This document shows, piece after piece, positions 39,609 to 49,172 of a stretch of 64,000 nt of DNA; within the stretch, counting starts at the first letter, position 1, and each line of letters begins with the position of its first letter. A program made the translations under genes and the position numbers. The stretch covers positions 1,184,001 through 1,248,000 of the forward strand of contig CAXXGO010000001.1 in NCBI GenBank assembly GCA_963666835.2. Reading direction: 5' to 3'. This DNA comes from Phycisphaerae bacterium (lineage in GTDB: Bacteria > Planctomycetota > Phycisphaerae > UBA1845). The notes below the pieces were generated by a model. The model made no database searches. It saw nothing but the letters and a program-made list of their open reading frames with translations, and had not been told where the DNA came from.

Positions 39609-40166
39609 GTGAGTTGGTTGAGTCTTCTTGGGATTGCGGTTGCCTTGGCGATGGACGCGTTTGCCGTGTCGATCGCGGCCGGGCTCGCGATTGAGAACGT
39701 AACGCCTCGGCACGTGTTTCGGATAGCTTTTCATTTTGGACTCTTTCAGGCTTTGATGCCGATTGTCGGCTGGCTGGGCGGGTCGACTGTTTCTGCACAG
39801 GTTATTGCGTATGGCCATTGGCTGGCCTTTGCCTTGCTCGGCCTTATCGGTGGGAAGATGTTTTACGATGCCCGCTCCGCGGCAGATGGGCGGGCGAGTA
39901 TGGACCCGAGTAGGGGTTGGATGCTTGTAGCATTGTCGTTTGCCACGAGTATTGATGCATTGGTTGTGGGTCTGAGTATGGCGTTTCTGCAAGTGACGAT
40001 CTGGTTGCCCTGTGTGGTCATTGGGGTTGTGGCTGCTCTTTTTAGCGTGGTAGGGATTATTTTTTCAGGTGGGATCCCACGCCGTTGGAGTAGGGTCGCT
40101 AATCTGATCGGCGGGTGCATCCTGATCCTGGTTGGCGTTAAGATTGTGGTTGTGCAACAGGCCTGA
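39609..40166 (+). CDS. mntP: Manganese efflux pump MntP family
   Basis: [26 protein letters not shown]. Confidence 0.92.
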   Translation: MSWLSLLGIAVALAMDAFAVSIAAGLAIENVTPRHVFRIAFHFGLFQALMPIVGWLGGSTVSAQVIAYGHWLAFALLGLIGGKMFYDARSAADGRASMDPSRGWMLVALSFATSIDALVVGLSMAFLQVTIWLPCVVIGVVAALFSVVGIIFSGGIPRRWSRVANLIGGCILILVGVKIVVVQQA

Positions 40167-40263
40167 TGTGTCGGGGCGTTTGTTGAAGGGGTGTCGCAGG
40201 AGACGCCGGGATATCAGAACGGTTCAGAAGCTACTGTATTGCAATAATGGGAGAACAGAGAAG

Positions 40264-40425
40264 ATGAAGAAGTACGAATGTGACGCATGTGGATACATTT
40301 ATGACCCGGAAAAAGGTGATCCTGACGGCGGCATCGCGCCGGGGACGGCGTTTGAGGATATTCCGGAAGACTGGGTTTGCCCGGTATGCGGGTTGGGTAA
40401 GGACAGTTTCTCGGTGAAGGAATAG
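40264..40425 (+). CDS. Rubredoxin
   Basis: [43 protein letters not shown]. Confidence 0.97.
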   Translation: MKKYECDACGYIYDPEKGDPDGGIAPGTAFEDIPEDWVCPVCGLGKDSFSVKE

Positions 40426-40475
40426 CCCGGTAGGGGGTGACCCGTGGGTCTTTAGGCCGGTTTCGGCGGTGCGCT

Positions 40476-41300
40476 ATGAACGATTGGCTGATTGAGTTTT
40501 TCGAGCAATACCATCCGGTTACGCAGGCGCTGATTGCCACGCTGTTCACGTGGTTTGTGACTGCGGCCGGAGCGTCGCCGGTGCTATTCGCCAGGCGTGT
40601 CAACCAGAAGATGATGGACGGGATGCTGGGCCTGGCGGCGGGTGTGATGATCGCCGCCAGCTTCTGGTCGCTGCTCGCCCCGGCGATCGAGATGTCGGGC
40701 GGAGATTGGAAACCGGCCACGATCGGTTTTCTCGCCGGCGGCTTCTTCCTTTACATTATTGACAAGATCCTGCCGCACCTTCACCTCGGGCTGGAGACTG
40801 TCGAGGCGGAGGGCATCAAGACTTCCTGGCACCGCAGTACCTTGCTGGTATTGGCTATTACCCTGCACAATATTCCCGAAGGGCTGGCGGTTGGAGTTGT
40901 CTTCGGGGCAGTGGCGCAGGCGGCCGATGCGGCCGCCGCCCGGGAAATGATGTTGGGCGGGATCGCGCTGGCTATCGGGATCGGCTTGCAGAACTTCCCC
41001 GAGGGTCTGGCCGTGGCTATGCCGCTGCGTCGAGAGGGCATGGGACGTTTCAAAGCGTTTATGTTCGGGCAGTCGTCGGGGGTGGTGGAACCCATGGCCG
41101 GCGTGCTGGGGGCGTGGGCGGTGATGAGCATGACGTCTTTGCTGCCGTACGGTTTGGCGTTTGCGGCCGGAGCGATGATTTTCGTAGTCGTTGAGGAGCT
41201 GATCCCCGAATCTCAACGAGACGGCTTCAGCGATTTCGCCACGGCCGGGGCTATGATCGGTTTTGCAATCATGATGACGCTTGATGTTGGGTTGGCGTAG
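40476..41300 (+). CDS. ZIP family divalent metal transporter (GufA/ZupT-like)
   Basis: AAGVMIAASFWSLL, ITLHNIPEGLAVG, QNFPEG, VVEELIPE. Confidence 0.93.
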   Translation: MNDWLIEFFEQYHPVTQALIATLFTWFVTAAGASPVLFARRVNQKMMDGMLGLAAGVMIAASFWSLLAPAIEMSGGDWKPATIGFLAGGFFLYIIDKILPHLHLGLETVEAEGIKTSWHRSTLLVLAITLHNIPEGLAVGVVFGAVAQAADAAAAREMMLGGIALAIGIGLQNFPEGLAVAMPLRREGMGRFKAFMFGQSSGVVEPMAGVLGAWAVMSMTSLLPYGLAFAAGAMIFVVVEELIPESQRDGFSDFATAGAMIGFAIMMTLDVGLA

Positions 41301-41336
41301 AAACGAATGCGGACATGTTGAATAGGAAACCGTGAC

Positions 41337-42713
41337 ATGGAACTGGACCCGCTATTTCTGTCTCGTTTGCAATTTGCCCTGACCGTAGGGTTTCACTTCC
41401 TGTTCCCGCCGCTGTCGATTGGGCTGGCTTGGCTGGTCGTCATTATGGAATGGCGCGGGTGGAAACGGGGCGATGAGGACTACGTCCGAGCGGGCAAGTT
41501 CTTCGGTAAGATCCTGGGTCTGACGTTTGCGGTCGGAGTCGCCACGGGGATCGTAATGGAGTTTCAGTTCGGTACGAACTGGGCTCAATACTCGAAGTTC
41601 GTCGGCGATATCTTTGGTGCGCCTTTGGCGGCCGAAGCCATCTTTGCGTTCTTTCTGGAATCGACGTTTCTAGGTTTGTATCTGTTCGGGCGTAATAGGG
41701 TCTCGAAGCAAGTACATTGGTTCTCTGCTTTGATGGTGGCGGTTGGTTCCACCTTGTCGGCGTTCTGGATCATTGTAGCCAACGCCTGGCAACAGACGCC
41801 GGCCGGGTTTGAGATCCGCAACGGCCGGGCGGAGCTGACCAGTTTTGCGGACGCTGTGTTCAACGCGTCCACGTGGCCGCGGTTCTTGCACACGTTTGAT
41901 GCGTGTCTGATCGCCGGGGCGTTTCTGGTGGCCGGTATCTCGGCGTACCTGGTGGTGAAGAACAACGGGGCGAAGGTCGCTCGTAGATCGCTGAGGCTCT
42001 CACTTATCTTCGGGCTGGTGGTGTCGTTGCTGGCGCTGTTTCCGACGGGGGATTGGCATGCCAAGCAGGTGGCCCGTACGCAGCCGGAGAAGTTCGCGGC
42101 CATGGAGGGGTTGATCGATGGTCAGAAGCGCGCTCCGCTGGCGGTGTTTGGGATACCGGTCGAAGAACCTCCGGAAATGAAGATGAAGATCGGAGTCCCC
42201 GGGGTGTTAAGCCTGATGGCGTTCGGCGACATGGACGCTTTCGTGCCCGGCATAAACGATCTGAGAGCTGAGGGTCATTCGACGCCGCCGTTTATAGCGA
42301 CGTTTGTGTCGTTTCACACGATGGTAGGTCTTGGAACGCTGTTTATTCTGGTGTTTCTGCTGGGTGTGTTTCTGCTATATCGCAAGAAGCTGTTCGAGAC
42401 GCGCTGGTACTTGAAACTGCTTCCGTTGATGATCCCGCTTCCGTTGATCGCCTGTGAGTTCGGGTGGATTGTCGCGGAGGTCGGGCGGCAGCCGTGGGTG
42501 GTGTATCGCGTGCTCAAGACACAGGATGCTTACTCTGCCAACGTAACCGGCGGCGAGGTGCTCTTCTCGATCATCATGTTCGGCGTGGTCTATGCCCTGC
42601 TCGGCGTCCTGTACATCTACACCCTGGCGAAGATTGTCAAGCGCGGGCCCAATCCGCTCGAGCCCGCTCCGGCGGATGGAGGACCAACGCCGAGCGCAAA
42701 GGAGGCACACTAA
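41337..42713 (+). CDS. cydA: Cytochrome bd ubiquinol oxidase subunit I (short Q-loop)
   Basis: SRLQFALT..FHFLF, EFQFGTNW, FFLESTF, QPEKFAAMEG, EVGRQPW. Confidence 0.97.
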   Translation: MELDPLFLSRLQFALTVGFHFLFPPLSIGLAWLVVIMEWRGWKRGDEDYVRAGKFFGKILGLTFAVGVATGIVMEFQFGTNWAQYSKFVGDIFGAPLAAEAIFAFFLESTFLGLYLFGRNRVSKQVHWFSALMVAVGSTLSAFWIIVANAWQQTPAGFEIRNGRAELTSFADAVFNASTWPRFLHTFDACLIAGAFLVAGISAYLVVKNNGAKVARRSLRLSLIFGLVVSLLALFPTGDWHAKQVARTQPEKFAAMEGLIDGQKRAPLAVFGIPVEEPPEMKMKIGVPGVLSLMAFGDMDAFVPGINDLRAEGHSTPPFIATFVSFHTMVGLGTLFILVFLLGVFLLYRKKLFETRWYLKLLPLMIPLPLIACEFGWIVAEVGRQPWVVYRVLKTQDAYSANVTGGEVLFSIIMFGVVYALLGVLYIYTLAKIVKRGPNPLEPAPADGGPTPSAKEAH

Positions 42714-43729
42714 TGGACCTGAACACGGTTTGGTTTCTGTTAATTTGGGTCCTGCTGGCGGGCTATGCGGTTCTCGATGGGTTCGATCTCGGGGTCGGCG
42801 TACTGCATCTGTTCGCCCGTGACGAATCGGAGCGGCGAACCAACGCCGCGGCGATCGGGCCGTTCTGGGACGGGAATGAGGTCTGGCTGCTAACCGGAGG
42901 AGGTGCCTTGTTCGCGGCATTCCCGATCGTGTATGCGACCGTATTCAGCAGCTTCTACCTGGCGTTCATGCTGCTGCTGCTGGCGCTGATTTTCCGGGCG
43001 GTTTCGCTGGAGTTTCGCGGGCAGGTGGATTGCCCACGCTGGCGGCGGGCCTGGGATCTGGCGTTCGGGCTGGGCAGCTTGGCCCCTGCGCTTCTGGTGG
43101 GCGTGGCGATGGGTAACGTGCTGCGCGGCATTCCGCTCGAAGCCGATGGGACGGCCGTGGTGCCGTTTCTGTCCCTGCTCAACCCTTACGCTCTGCTGAT
43201 CGGGGTCTTGACGCTGGTGATGTTTACGATGCACGGCGCGGCGTTCCTGACCATCAAGACCGAAGGCGATCTGCAGCAGCGGATGGCAAGGTGGACGCAG
43301 GGCGCCTGGGTTGTCTTCATTATTCTATATCTCGGAGCGTTTGCGGCCACGTTCTTCGCCGCGCCGTTTCTCTTCGAGGGCGTGTTGAGCAACCCGCTGT
43401 TCTGGGTATTTTTGGTATTGGTGTTTGTTGCGGTAGTCAACATTCCGATTGCGAACCGAGCGAAGAAGTTCCTTCGAATGTTCTTGGCATCGGCTGCTGC
43501 GATTGCGGGGATGATGGGTCTGGCCGCGGTGTGCCTGTTCCCCAGGCTCGTACCGTCGAGCCTTGATCCGGCCGATAGCCTGACGATCTACAACGCGTCG
43601 TCCACCCCGCGGACCTTGACGGTCATGCTGGTGATCGCGGTGATCGGTATGCCGGTGGTGATTGGATACAGCGCTTATATCTACCGGGTCTTCTCGGGCA
43701 AGGTGGTCGTCACGGCGGAGCATTACTAG
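42713..43729 (+). CDS. cydB: Cytochrome bd oxidase subunit II
   Basis: ATG overlaps the cydA stop; LDGFDLGVG, PFWDGNEVWL, AFP.VY. Confidence 0.97.
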   Translation: MDLNTVWFLLIWVLLAGYAVLDGFDLGVGVLHLFARDESERRTNAAAIGPFWDGNEVWLLTGGGALFAAFPIVYATVFSSFYLAFMLLLLALIFRAVSLEFRGQVDCPRWRRAWDLAFGLGSLAPALLVGVAMGNVLRGIPLEADGTAVVPFLSLLNPYALLIGVLTLVMFTMHGAAFLTIKTEGDLQQRMARWTQGAWVVFIILYLGAFAATFFAAPFLFEGVLSNPLFWVFLVLVFVAVVNIPIANRAKKFLRMFLASAAAIAGMMGLAAVCLFPRLVPSSLDPADSLTIYNASSTPRTLTVMLVIAVIGMPVVIGYSAYIYRVFSGKVVVTAEHY

Positions 43730-43875
43730 CGGAGGAGCGCGGGAGTGTGGGGCGGATCGTCAGTGAGTGGCAATGAGCGACAAGCGAGTTCGTTCAGCTC
43801 CGGGAGATTAAAGCGAGTGAGCTGTTGCGACAGGCAGGCGGCACTGTGGAGCCCGCGTATGAGGTTGAACGAAGG

Positions 43876-45069
43876 ATGATCATCGGGATTTGCAGAGAGA
43901 CGTTTCCCGGCGAGCGGCGGGTGGCGATCATTCCCGACGCGGCTCGACGGTTGGCTAAGCTCGGCCTGGACCTGCTCGTGGAACGTGGGGCGGGTACGGA
44001 AGCGGGCTTTTCCGATGCGGCGTACGAACAAGCCGGCGTTCGGTTGGCGGGTAGTCGGGCCGAGGTTTTCACGGCGGCCGAGGTAATCCTTCAAGTAAGG
44101 TCGGTCGGGGCCAATCCGGACGCGGGCCGGCGCGATCTTGGGCTGATGCGCTCCGGACAGGCGTTGATTGGCTTCAGCGAGCCTCTCTCCTCGCCGGAGC
44201 TTGTTCGGGCGGTCGGCGAGACCGGGGCAACCAGCTTCGCGATGGAGTTGTTGCCGCGAATCACCCGCGCCCAGACGATGGACGCCCTGTCTGCTATGGC
44301 CACGGTAGCCGGATATAAGGCCGTCCTGCTGGCAGCCGAAGCGCTCCCGAAGATGTTTCCCATGTTCATGACCGCGGCGGGAACCGTCAAAGCCGCCAAG
44401 GTGCTGGTGGTTGGCGCCGGAGTGGCAGGTCTGCAGGCGATCGCTACGGCGAAACGCCTCGGTGCCGTCGTAAGCGCGTATGACATAAGGCCGGCCGTGA
44501 AGGAGCAGGTGGAGAGTCTCGGCGCCAAGTTCGTAGAGGTGGAAATCGACGCCGGCGAGACGGAGGGCAAGGGCGGGTATGCCAAAGCGATGACCGAGGA
44601 GTTCTACCGCGAGCAGCGCGAGTTGATGGCCAAGGTGGTTGCGGAGAACGATGTGGTGATCACTACCGCGGCGGTACCGGGTAAGAAAGCGCCGCTGCTG
44701 GTCACCGCGGGGATGGTCGAGGGCATGATTCCGGGCTCGGTGGTTGTTGATCTCGCGGCTGAGCGGGGCGGCAACTGTGAGTTGACCAAGTCCGACGAAA
44801 CCGTGGTCCACCGCGGAGTTTCCGTGCTGGGCCCGACGAACCTGCCTTCCACCGTGCCTTGTCACGCCAGTCAGATGTACTCCAAGAATATTTCTACGCT
44901 GCTGGGTCACCTAGTGAAAGACGGGGTTCTGGAACTGAATCTTGAGGATGAGATTACTCGGGAGATGCTTCTGACTTACGGCGGCGAGGTCGTGCAACCA
45001 CGGGTGCGCGAGCTGCTCGGTATGCCGGTGCGACCTTCCCAGACAGAGGAGGCCTCGAAAGATGGATAA
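43876..45069 (+). CDS. pntA: NAD(P) transhydrogenase alpha subunit, soluble part 1
   Basis: ETFPGERRVA, PRITRAQTMDALS, AGYKAV, GAGVAGL, GGYAK, DLAAERGGNC. Confidence 0.95.
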   Translation: MIIGICRETFPGERRVAIIPDAARRLAKLGLDLLVERGAGTEAGFSDAAYEQAGVRLAGSRAEVFTAAEVILQVRSVGANPDAGRRDLGLMRSGQALIGFSEPLSSPELVRAVGETGATSFAMELLPRITRAQTMDALSAMATVAGYKAVLLAAEALPKMFPMFMTAAGTVKAAKVLVVGAGVAGLQAIATAKRLGAVVSAYDIRPAVKEQVESLGAKFVEVEIDAGETEGKGGYAKAMTEEFYREQRELMAKVVAENDVVITTAAVPGKKAPLLVTAGMVEGMIPGSVVVDLAAERGGNCELTKSDETVVHRGVSVLGPTNLPSTVPCHASQMYSKNISTLLGHLVKDGVLELNLEDEITREMLLTYGGEVVQPRVRELLGMPVRPSQTEEASKDG

Positions 45070-45385
45070 TGTCATTCTATTAGCACAGGATGCGCCGGCC
45101 GACGGTACGGCTTTGGTTATGCTCTTGACCGTGTTCGTCCTGGCCGTGTTCGTCGGCTTTGAGGTAATTACCAAAGTGCCGCCGACGCTGCACACTCCGC
45201 TTATGGCCGGGTCCAACGCGGTTTCCGGGATTACCGTGGTTGGGGCTCTCGTGGCGGCGGGCGCCGGGCACGGCGCTCTTTCCACCGGTTTGGGGTTTGT
45301 TGCAGTGATCCTCGCCACCGTAAACGTCGTCGGCGGATTCCTGGTCTCGCATCGTATGCTCGAGATGTTCCGGAAGAAGGACTGA
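45062..45385 (+). CDS. pntA: NAD(P) transhydrogenase alpha subunit, membrane part 2
   Basis: KVPPTLHTPLMAGSNAVSG, NVVGGFLVSHRMLEMF. Confidence 0.95.
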   Translation: MDNVILLAQDAPADGTALVMLLTVFVLAVFVGFEVITKVPPTLHTPLMAGSNAVSGITVVGALVAAGAGHGALSTGLGFVAVILATVNVVGGFLVSHRMLEMFRKKD

Positions 45386-45388
45386 GCC

Positions 45389-46852
45389 GTGACAGACTCA
45401 CACATTGAGACTATTCGCAATCTGGCGTATCTGTTGGCCTCGGTGCTCTTCATCTTCGGGCTAAAAGGGCTCACTCATCCGCGCACGGCGGTGCGCGGCA
45501 TGCAGTTGGGGGCGGTCGGGATGTTCGTGGCCGTGCTGGCCACCGTCATGGCCGGGGGGATTCTGTCGTGGACGTGGGTTGTAGTCGGTCTTCTGCTAGG
45601 TTCGATCGTCGGGGTCCTGATGGCGATCAAGATCCCCCTGACCGACATTCCGCAGATGGTCGCCCTGTTCAATGGATTCGGGGGGGCGGCGTCGTTTCTG
45701 GTAGCGGGAAGTGAGATGGCCGTGCAAACCGCTACGGGGGGAGTTGGAACAGAGGGCGCGGTGGGGTTTGTTGCCGGGATTCCGATTCAGTCTGTCATTG
45801 CTATCGCGGCCTCCGGCATGATCGGCTCGTTGACCCTTTCAGGAAGTCTGATCGCGGCCGGGAAACTGCACGAGGTCAGTTTCAACTGGGGTAGCAAGAA
45901 GGTCTGGATGAGCAACGCCATGTTGTTGCCCGGCCGGCACGCGATCACCGGAGTCTGCTTTGCAGCGTGCCTGGTCGTGTGTGCGCTGATGGTGGTTAAT
46001 CCCGGTGTCTCTGGCTGGTATTGGGTGCTGGTCGCCGTTGCGGCGGTCTTTGGTATTTTGATCACGATCCCGATTGGCGGTGCGGACATGCCGGTGGTGA
46101 TCGCCCTGCTGAACTCGTATTCCGGCCTGGCGGCGTGTGCCACCGGCTTTGTTATCAATAACACGGTTCTGATTATCGCCGGCGCTCTGGTTGGGGCGTC
46201 AGGGCTGATCTTAACCAACATCATGTGCAAAGCGATGAACCGGTCCCTGGCCGCGGTCATGTTCGCCACCATGGCCAAGGCGGAAGCGGAGGGTCCGTCG
46301 GAGGATGACGTTTATTCGGGCAAGATCAAATCGACGAGTGCCGAGGAAGTGGCCATGTTGTTCGACGGTGCTCGGCGCGTCGTGATCGTCCCGGGCTATG
46401 GGATGGCCGTGTCGCAGGCTCAGCACGCCGTTCGCGACCTGGCGAACCTGCTGGAATCGCGAGGGACAGACGTCGAGTTCGCGATCCACCCGGTGGCCGG
46501 GCGGATGCCGGGGCACATGAATGTCCTGCTGGCGGAGGCGGACATTCCTTATGAGAAGCTCAAGGAGATGGAAGAGATCAACCCGACGCTGGAGACGGTT
46601 GATGTGGCGCTGGTGATCGGAGCTAACGATGTGGTGAACCCGGTCGCGCGCACGGATCCGAGTTCGCCGATTGCCGGGATGCCGATCATCGATATCGATA
46701 AGTGCCACACGGTTGTCGTAATCAAGCGTAGCCTGAGCCCGGGTTTTGCGGGAATCCCGAACCCGCTTTTTGCGGCGGACAATACTCTGATGTTCTTCAA
46801 TGACGGTAAGAAGGCATTCTTAGAATTAGTGGCAGCGGTCAAAGAAAGTTGA
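45389..46852 (+). CDS. pntB: NAD(P) transhydrogenase beta subunit
   Basis: PQMVALFN, IGGADMPVVIALLNSYSG, VPGYGMA, IHPVAGRMPGHMNVLLAEA. Confidence 0.97.
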   Translation: MTDSHIETIRNLAYLLASVLFIFGLKGLTHPRTAVRGMQLGAVGMFVAVLATVMAGGILSWTWVVVGLLLGSIVGVLMAIKIPLTDIPQMVALFNGFGGAASFLVAGSEMAVQTATGGVGTEGAVGFVAGIPIQSVIAIAASGMIGSLTLSGSLIAAGKLHEVSFNWGSKKVWMSNAMLLPGRHAITGVCFAACLVVCALMVVNPGVSGWYWVLVAVAAVFGILITIPIGGADMPVVIALLNSYSGLAACATGFVINNTVLIIAGALVGASGLILTNIMCKAMNRSLAAVMFATMAKAEAEGPSEDDVYSGKIKSTSAEEVAMLFDGARRVVIVPGYGMAVSQAQHAVRDLANLLESRGTDVEFAIHPVAGRMPGHMNVLLAEADIPYEKLKEMEEINPTLETVDVALVIGANDVVNPVARTDPSSPIAGMPIIDIDKCHTVVVIKRSLSPGFAGIPNPLFAADNTLMFFNDGKKAFLELVAAVKES

Positions 46853-46856
46853 TCTT

Positions 46857-48551
46857 ATGGAGTCCTCCGGAAGCCTACCACACGAGAACCCGGGACCGGG
46901 CAGCCGCGTTGACGGCGGAGCGGCGGGCTATGGCCTTGGAGACTATCGTGGCCGGGAAAGCCGTTTCGCTGGGCTGCCCATCAGCGATGGTATCGCAGTC
47001 GGGGAGGTCTGCCTGTTCAACGAGCGGCGTCACGAGGATCTGCCGGTATACGGAGTGGCTCAGGAGGCGAAGGAACGCGAACGACAGCGCCTGATTGATG
47101 CTGTTGCGGTTGTCGTTGAGCGTATCGACGTCCTCACCGATGAGGTCGCCGAGCGCGTCGGCCCGGTAGAGGCCGAGATCTTCCAGGCCCAGAAGGCCAT
47201 TCTTGGGGATCCCGGCTTGAAAGAGCAGATGCTCAAAGTGCTTGACACGACCGGCGCTAATGCGGAGTTCGCCGTCAGCCGGACGCTGGACGATTACGAG
47301 AACCGCATTCAGGCTGTGGACAACGAGTACATCAAGGAACGCGCGACTGACATCGGTGAAATCCGCCGTCGGATTCTCGATGTGCTCCGGAACATGAGCC
47401 CGGCGCTGCAGTGTACCGGTCAGAAGCACTGCCGGCGCGGGCGTGATCGCATAATCGTGGCGGAGGAGCTCACGCCGAGCTTGACGGTGGAGATGGACGT
47501 CCGACACACGATCGGGTTCGTGACCGAACGCGGGGGCTCCACCTCTCACGCGGCGATTCTCGCTCGCGCGCTGGGGGTTCCCGCGATCAGCGGAATCGAG
47601 GGAATCCGCAGCCGGGTGGCCTGCGGCACTGAGCTGCTCTTGAACGGGACAACGGGCGAAGTGGTCATGTGGCCGGGCGCTCAAACCTTGGCTCAATATC
47701 CCGCCTTAGGTCGTGGGATCGCGACCGTGCCCAACGCCGTCGCGCCGGTGGCGGACCTCAAGGTAATGGCGAATATCAGCCTTGCCGCCGAAGTGGCCGA
47801 GGCGGCGGCGATGCAGGCCGAGGGGATTGGGCTGTACCGTACGGAGTTCGAGTTCATCGCGGCCGGGCGCATGCTGGACGAGGACGAGCAGTTCGAGCGC
47901 TATCACTCGGTGGTTACGGCGATGGCGGGGCGGCCGGTGACGTTCCGGCTATTGGATATCGGCGGTGACAAGGCTGCTCCGTTCTTTGGCCTTCCGGTGG
48001 AGCCCAATCCCTACTTGGGCCTGCGCGGGAGCCGTCTTCTACTGGCCCGGCCGGAGCTGTTCAGAGCGCAGGTGCGGGCTTTGGCGAGGGTTTCGGCAGA
48101 AGGTCCGGTGAGTGTGATGTACCCGATGGTCGTCGATCGTGACCAGTTCCTGGCTCTGAAGGCGGTCTTTCTCGAGGCGACGGCCGATCTCGACGCAGAG
48201 CGCATCCTGCACGGCGTGATGTTCGAAGTACCATCGGCATGTCTGCGAGCGAGTGAGATCCTGGAGGTTGCGGACTTCGGAAGTGTGGGAACGAACGACC
48301 TGGTGCAGTACCTTTTTGCGGCTGATCGCAACAACGAACTGGTAGCGCATGACTGCGACCCGGACCGGCCGGTGTTCTGGTCGTTGATCAGCGACATCGT
48401 CCGCGCCGCTAAGAAGACCGGCCGTCCGCTGTCCGTCTGCGGAGAGGCGGCTGGCGACTTGGCGCTCCTTGCGAAGTTCGTAGATGCGGGCGTGCAGACG
48501 GTCAGTGTCAGCGCGCGGCGGGTTCCGGATGTGAGATTGGCGGTAGGTTAA
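46857..48551 (+). CDS. PEP-protein phosphotransferase (PTS enzyme I family), no GAF domain
   Basis: GGSTSHAAILAR (phospho-His), GIGLYRTEF, DIGGDK, EPNPYLGLRG.R, MFEVP, GTNDLVQY, VCGE. Confidence 0.92.
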   Translation: MESSGSLPHENPGPGSRVDGGAAGYGLGDYRGRESRFAGLPISDGIAVGEVCLFNERRHEDLPVYGVAQEAKERERQRLIDAVAVVVERIDVLTDEVAERVGPVEAEIFQAQKAILGDPGLKEQMLKVLDTTGANAEFAVSRTLDDYENRIQAVDNEYIKERATDIGEIRRRILDVLRNMSPALQCTGQKHCRRGRDRIIVAEELTPSLTVEMDVRHTIGFVTERGGSTSHAAILARALGVPAISGIEGIRSRVACGTELLLNGTTGEVVMWPGAQTLAQYPALGRGIATVPNAVAPVADLKVMANISLAAEVAEAAAMQAEGIGLYRTEFEFIAAGRMLDEDEQFERYHSVVTAMAGRPVTFRLLDIGGDKAAPFFGLPVEPNPYLGLRGSRLLLARPELFRAQVRALARVSAEGPVSVMYPMVVDRDQFLALKAVFLEATADLDAERILHGVMFEVPSACLRASEILEVADFGSVGTNDLVQYLFAADRNNELVAHDCDPDRPVFWSLISDIVRAAKKTGRPLSVCGEAAGDLALLAKFVDAGVQTVSVSARRVPDVRLAVG

Positions 48552-48639
48552 CGCGGGCGGACGCCGTATTCCCGCGAAGCTGCCGGAGTCGGGGTGAGTG
48601 GTGATTGTGAAGAAGTGAGTTCCCGACCGGAGCAAGCAG

Positions 48640-49137
48640 ATGAGAGGCATGCAAAATAGCCCCACGCAGCTTCTGGAAGTTGGCGAGGAGGCCCCGAGTT
48701 TCTCTCTTCCCGATCAAAACGGGAAAGTGACTACGTTGGAAGAGTTTCGCGGGATCAAGAACGTCGTGTTGGTGTTCTATCCGCGCGACCACACTCCGGG
48801 CTGCACGCAGCAGTTGTGTAATATCCGCGACGATTTTGAGTTGTTCACCGCTGAGGATGTGGTCGTGTTGGGGGTTAATCCGCAAGATGCCCGCGCGCAC
48901 CGCGGGTTCACTGACCGGCACGGTTTCCCGTTCCGGTTGTTGGCAGATCGAGATAAGCGCGTCGTGTCGGCGTACGGGTGCCGGGGAATACTGGCGACGA
49001 AACGGACCGTTTACGGCATCGACAAGGACGGGGTGATTGTCTTTGCCCGCCGGGGGGCACCGTCGAGCGATGAGATCCTCCGTGCTTTCCGAAGTAGCGC
49101 AGCGGCAGAAGATGCGGGTTCTCCCGCATCCGGCTAG
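48640..49137 (+). CDS. bcp: Peroxiredoxin BCP/PrxQ
   Basis: APSFSLPDQNG, FYPRDHTPGCTQQLC. Confidence 0.9.
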   Translation: MRGMQNSPTQLLEVGEEAPSFSLPDQNGKVTTLEEFRGIKNVVLVFYPRDHTPGCTQQLCNIRDDFELFTAEDVVVLGVNPQDARAHRGFTDRHGFPFRLLADRDKRVVSAYGCRGILATKRTVYGIDKDGVIVFARRGAPSSDEILRAFRSSAAAEDAGSPASG

Positions 49138-49172
49138 TGGGGCTGATAGCGAGACGAGCGGCGAGAGTCGAC

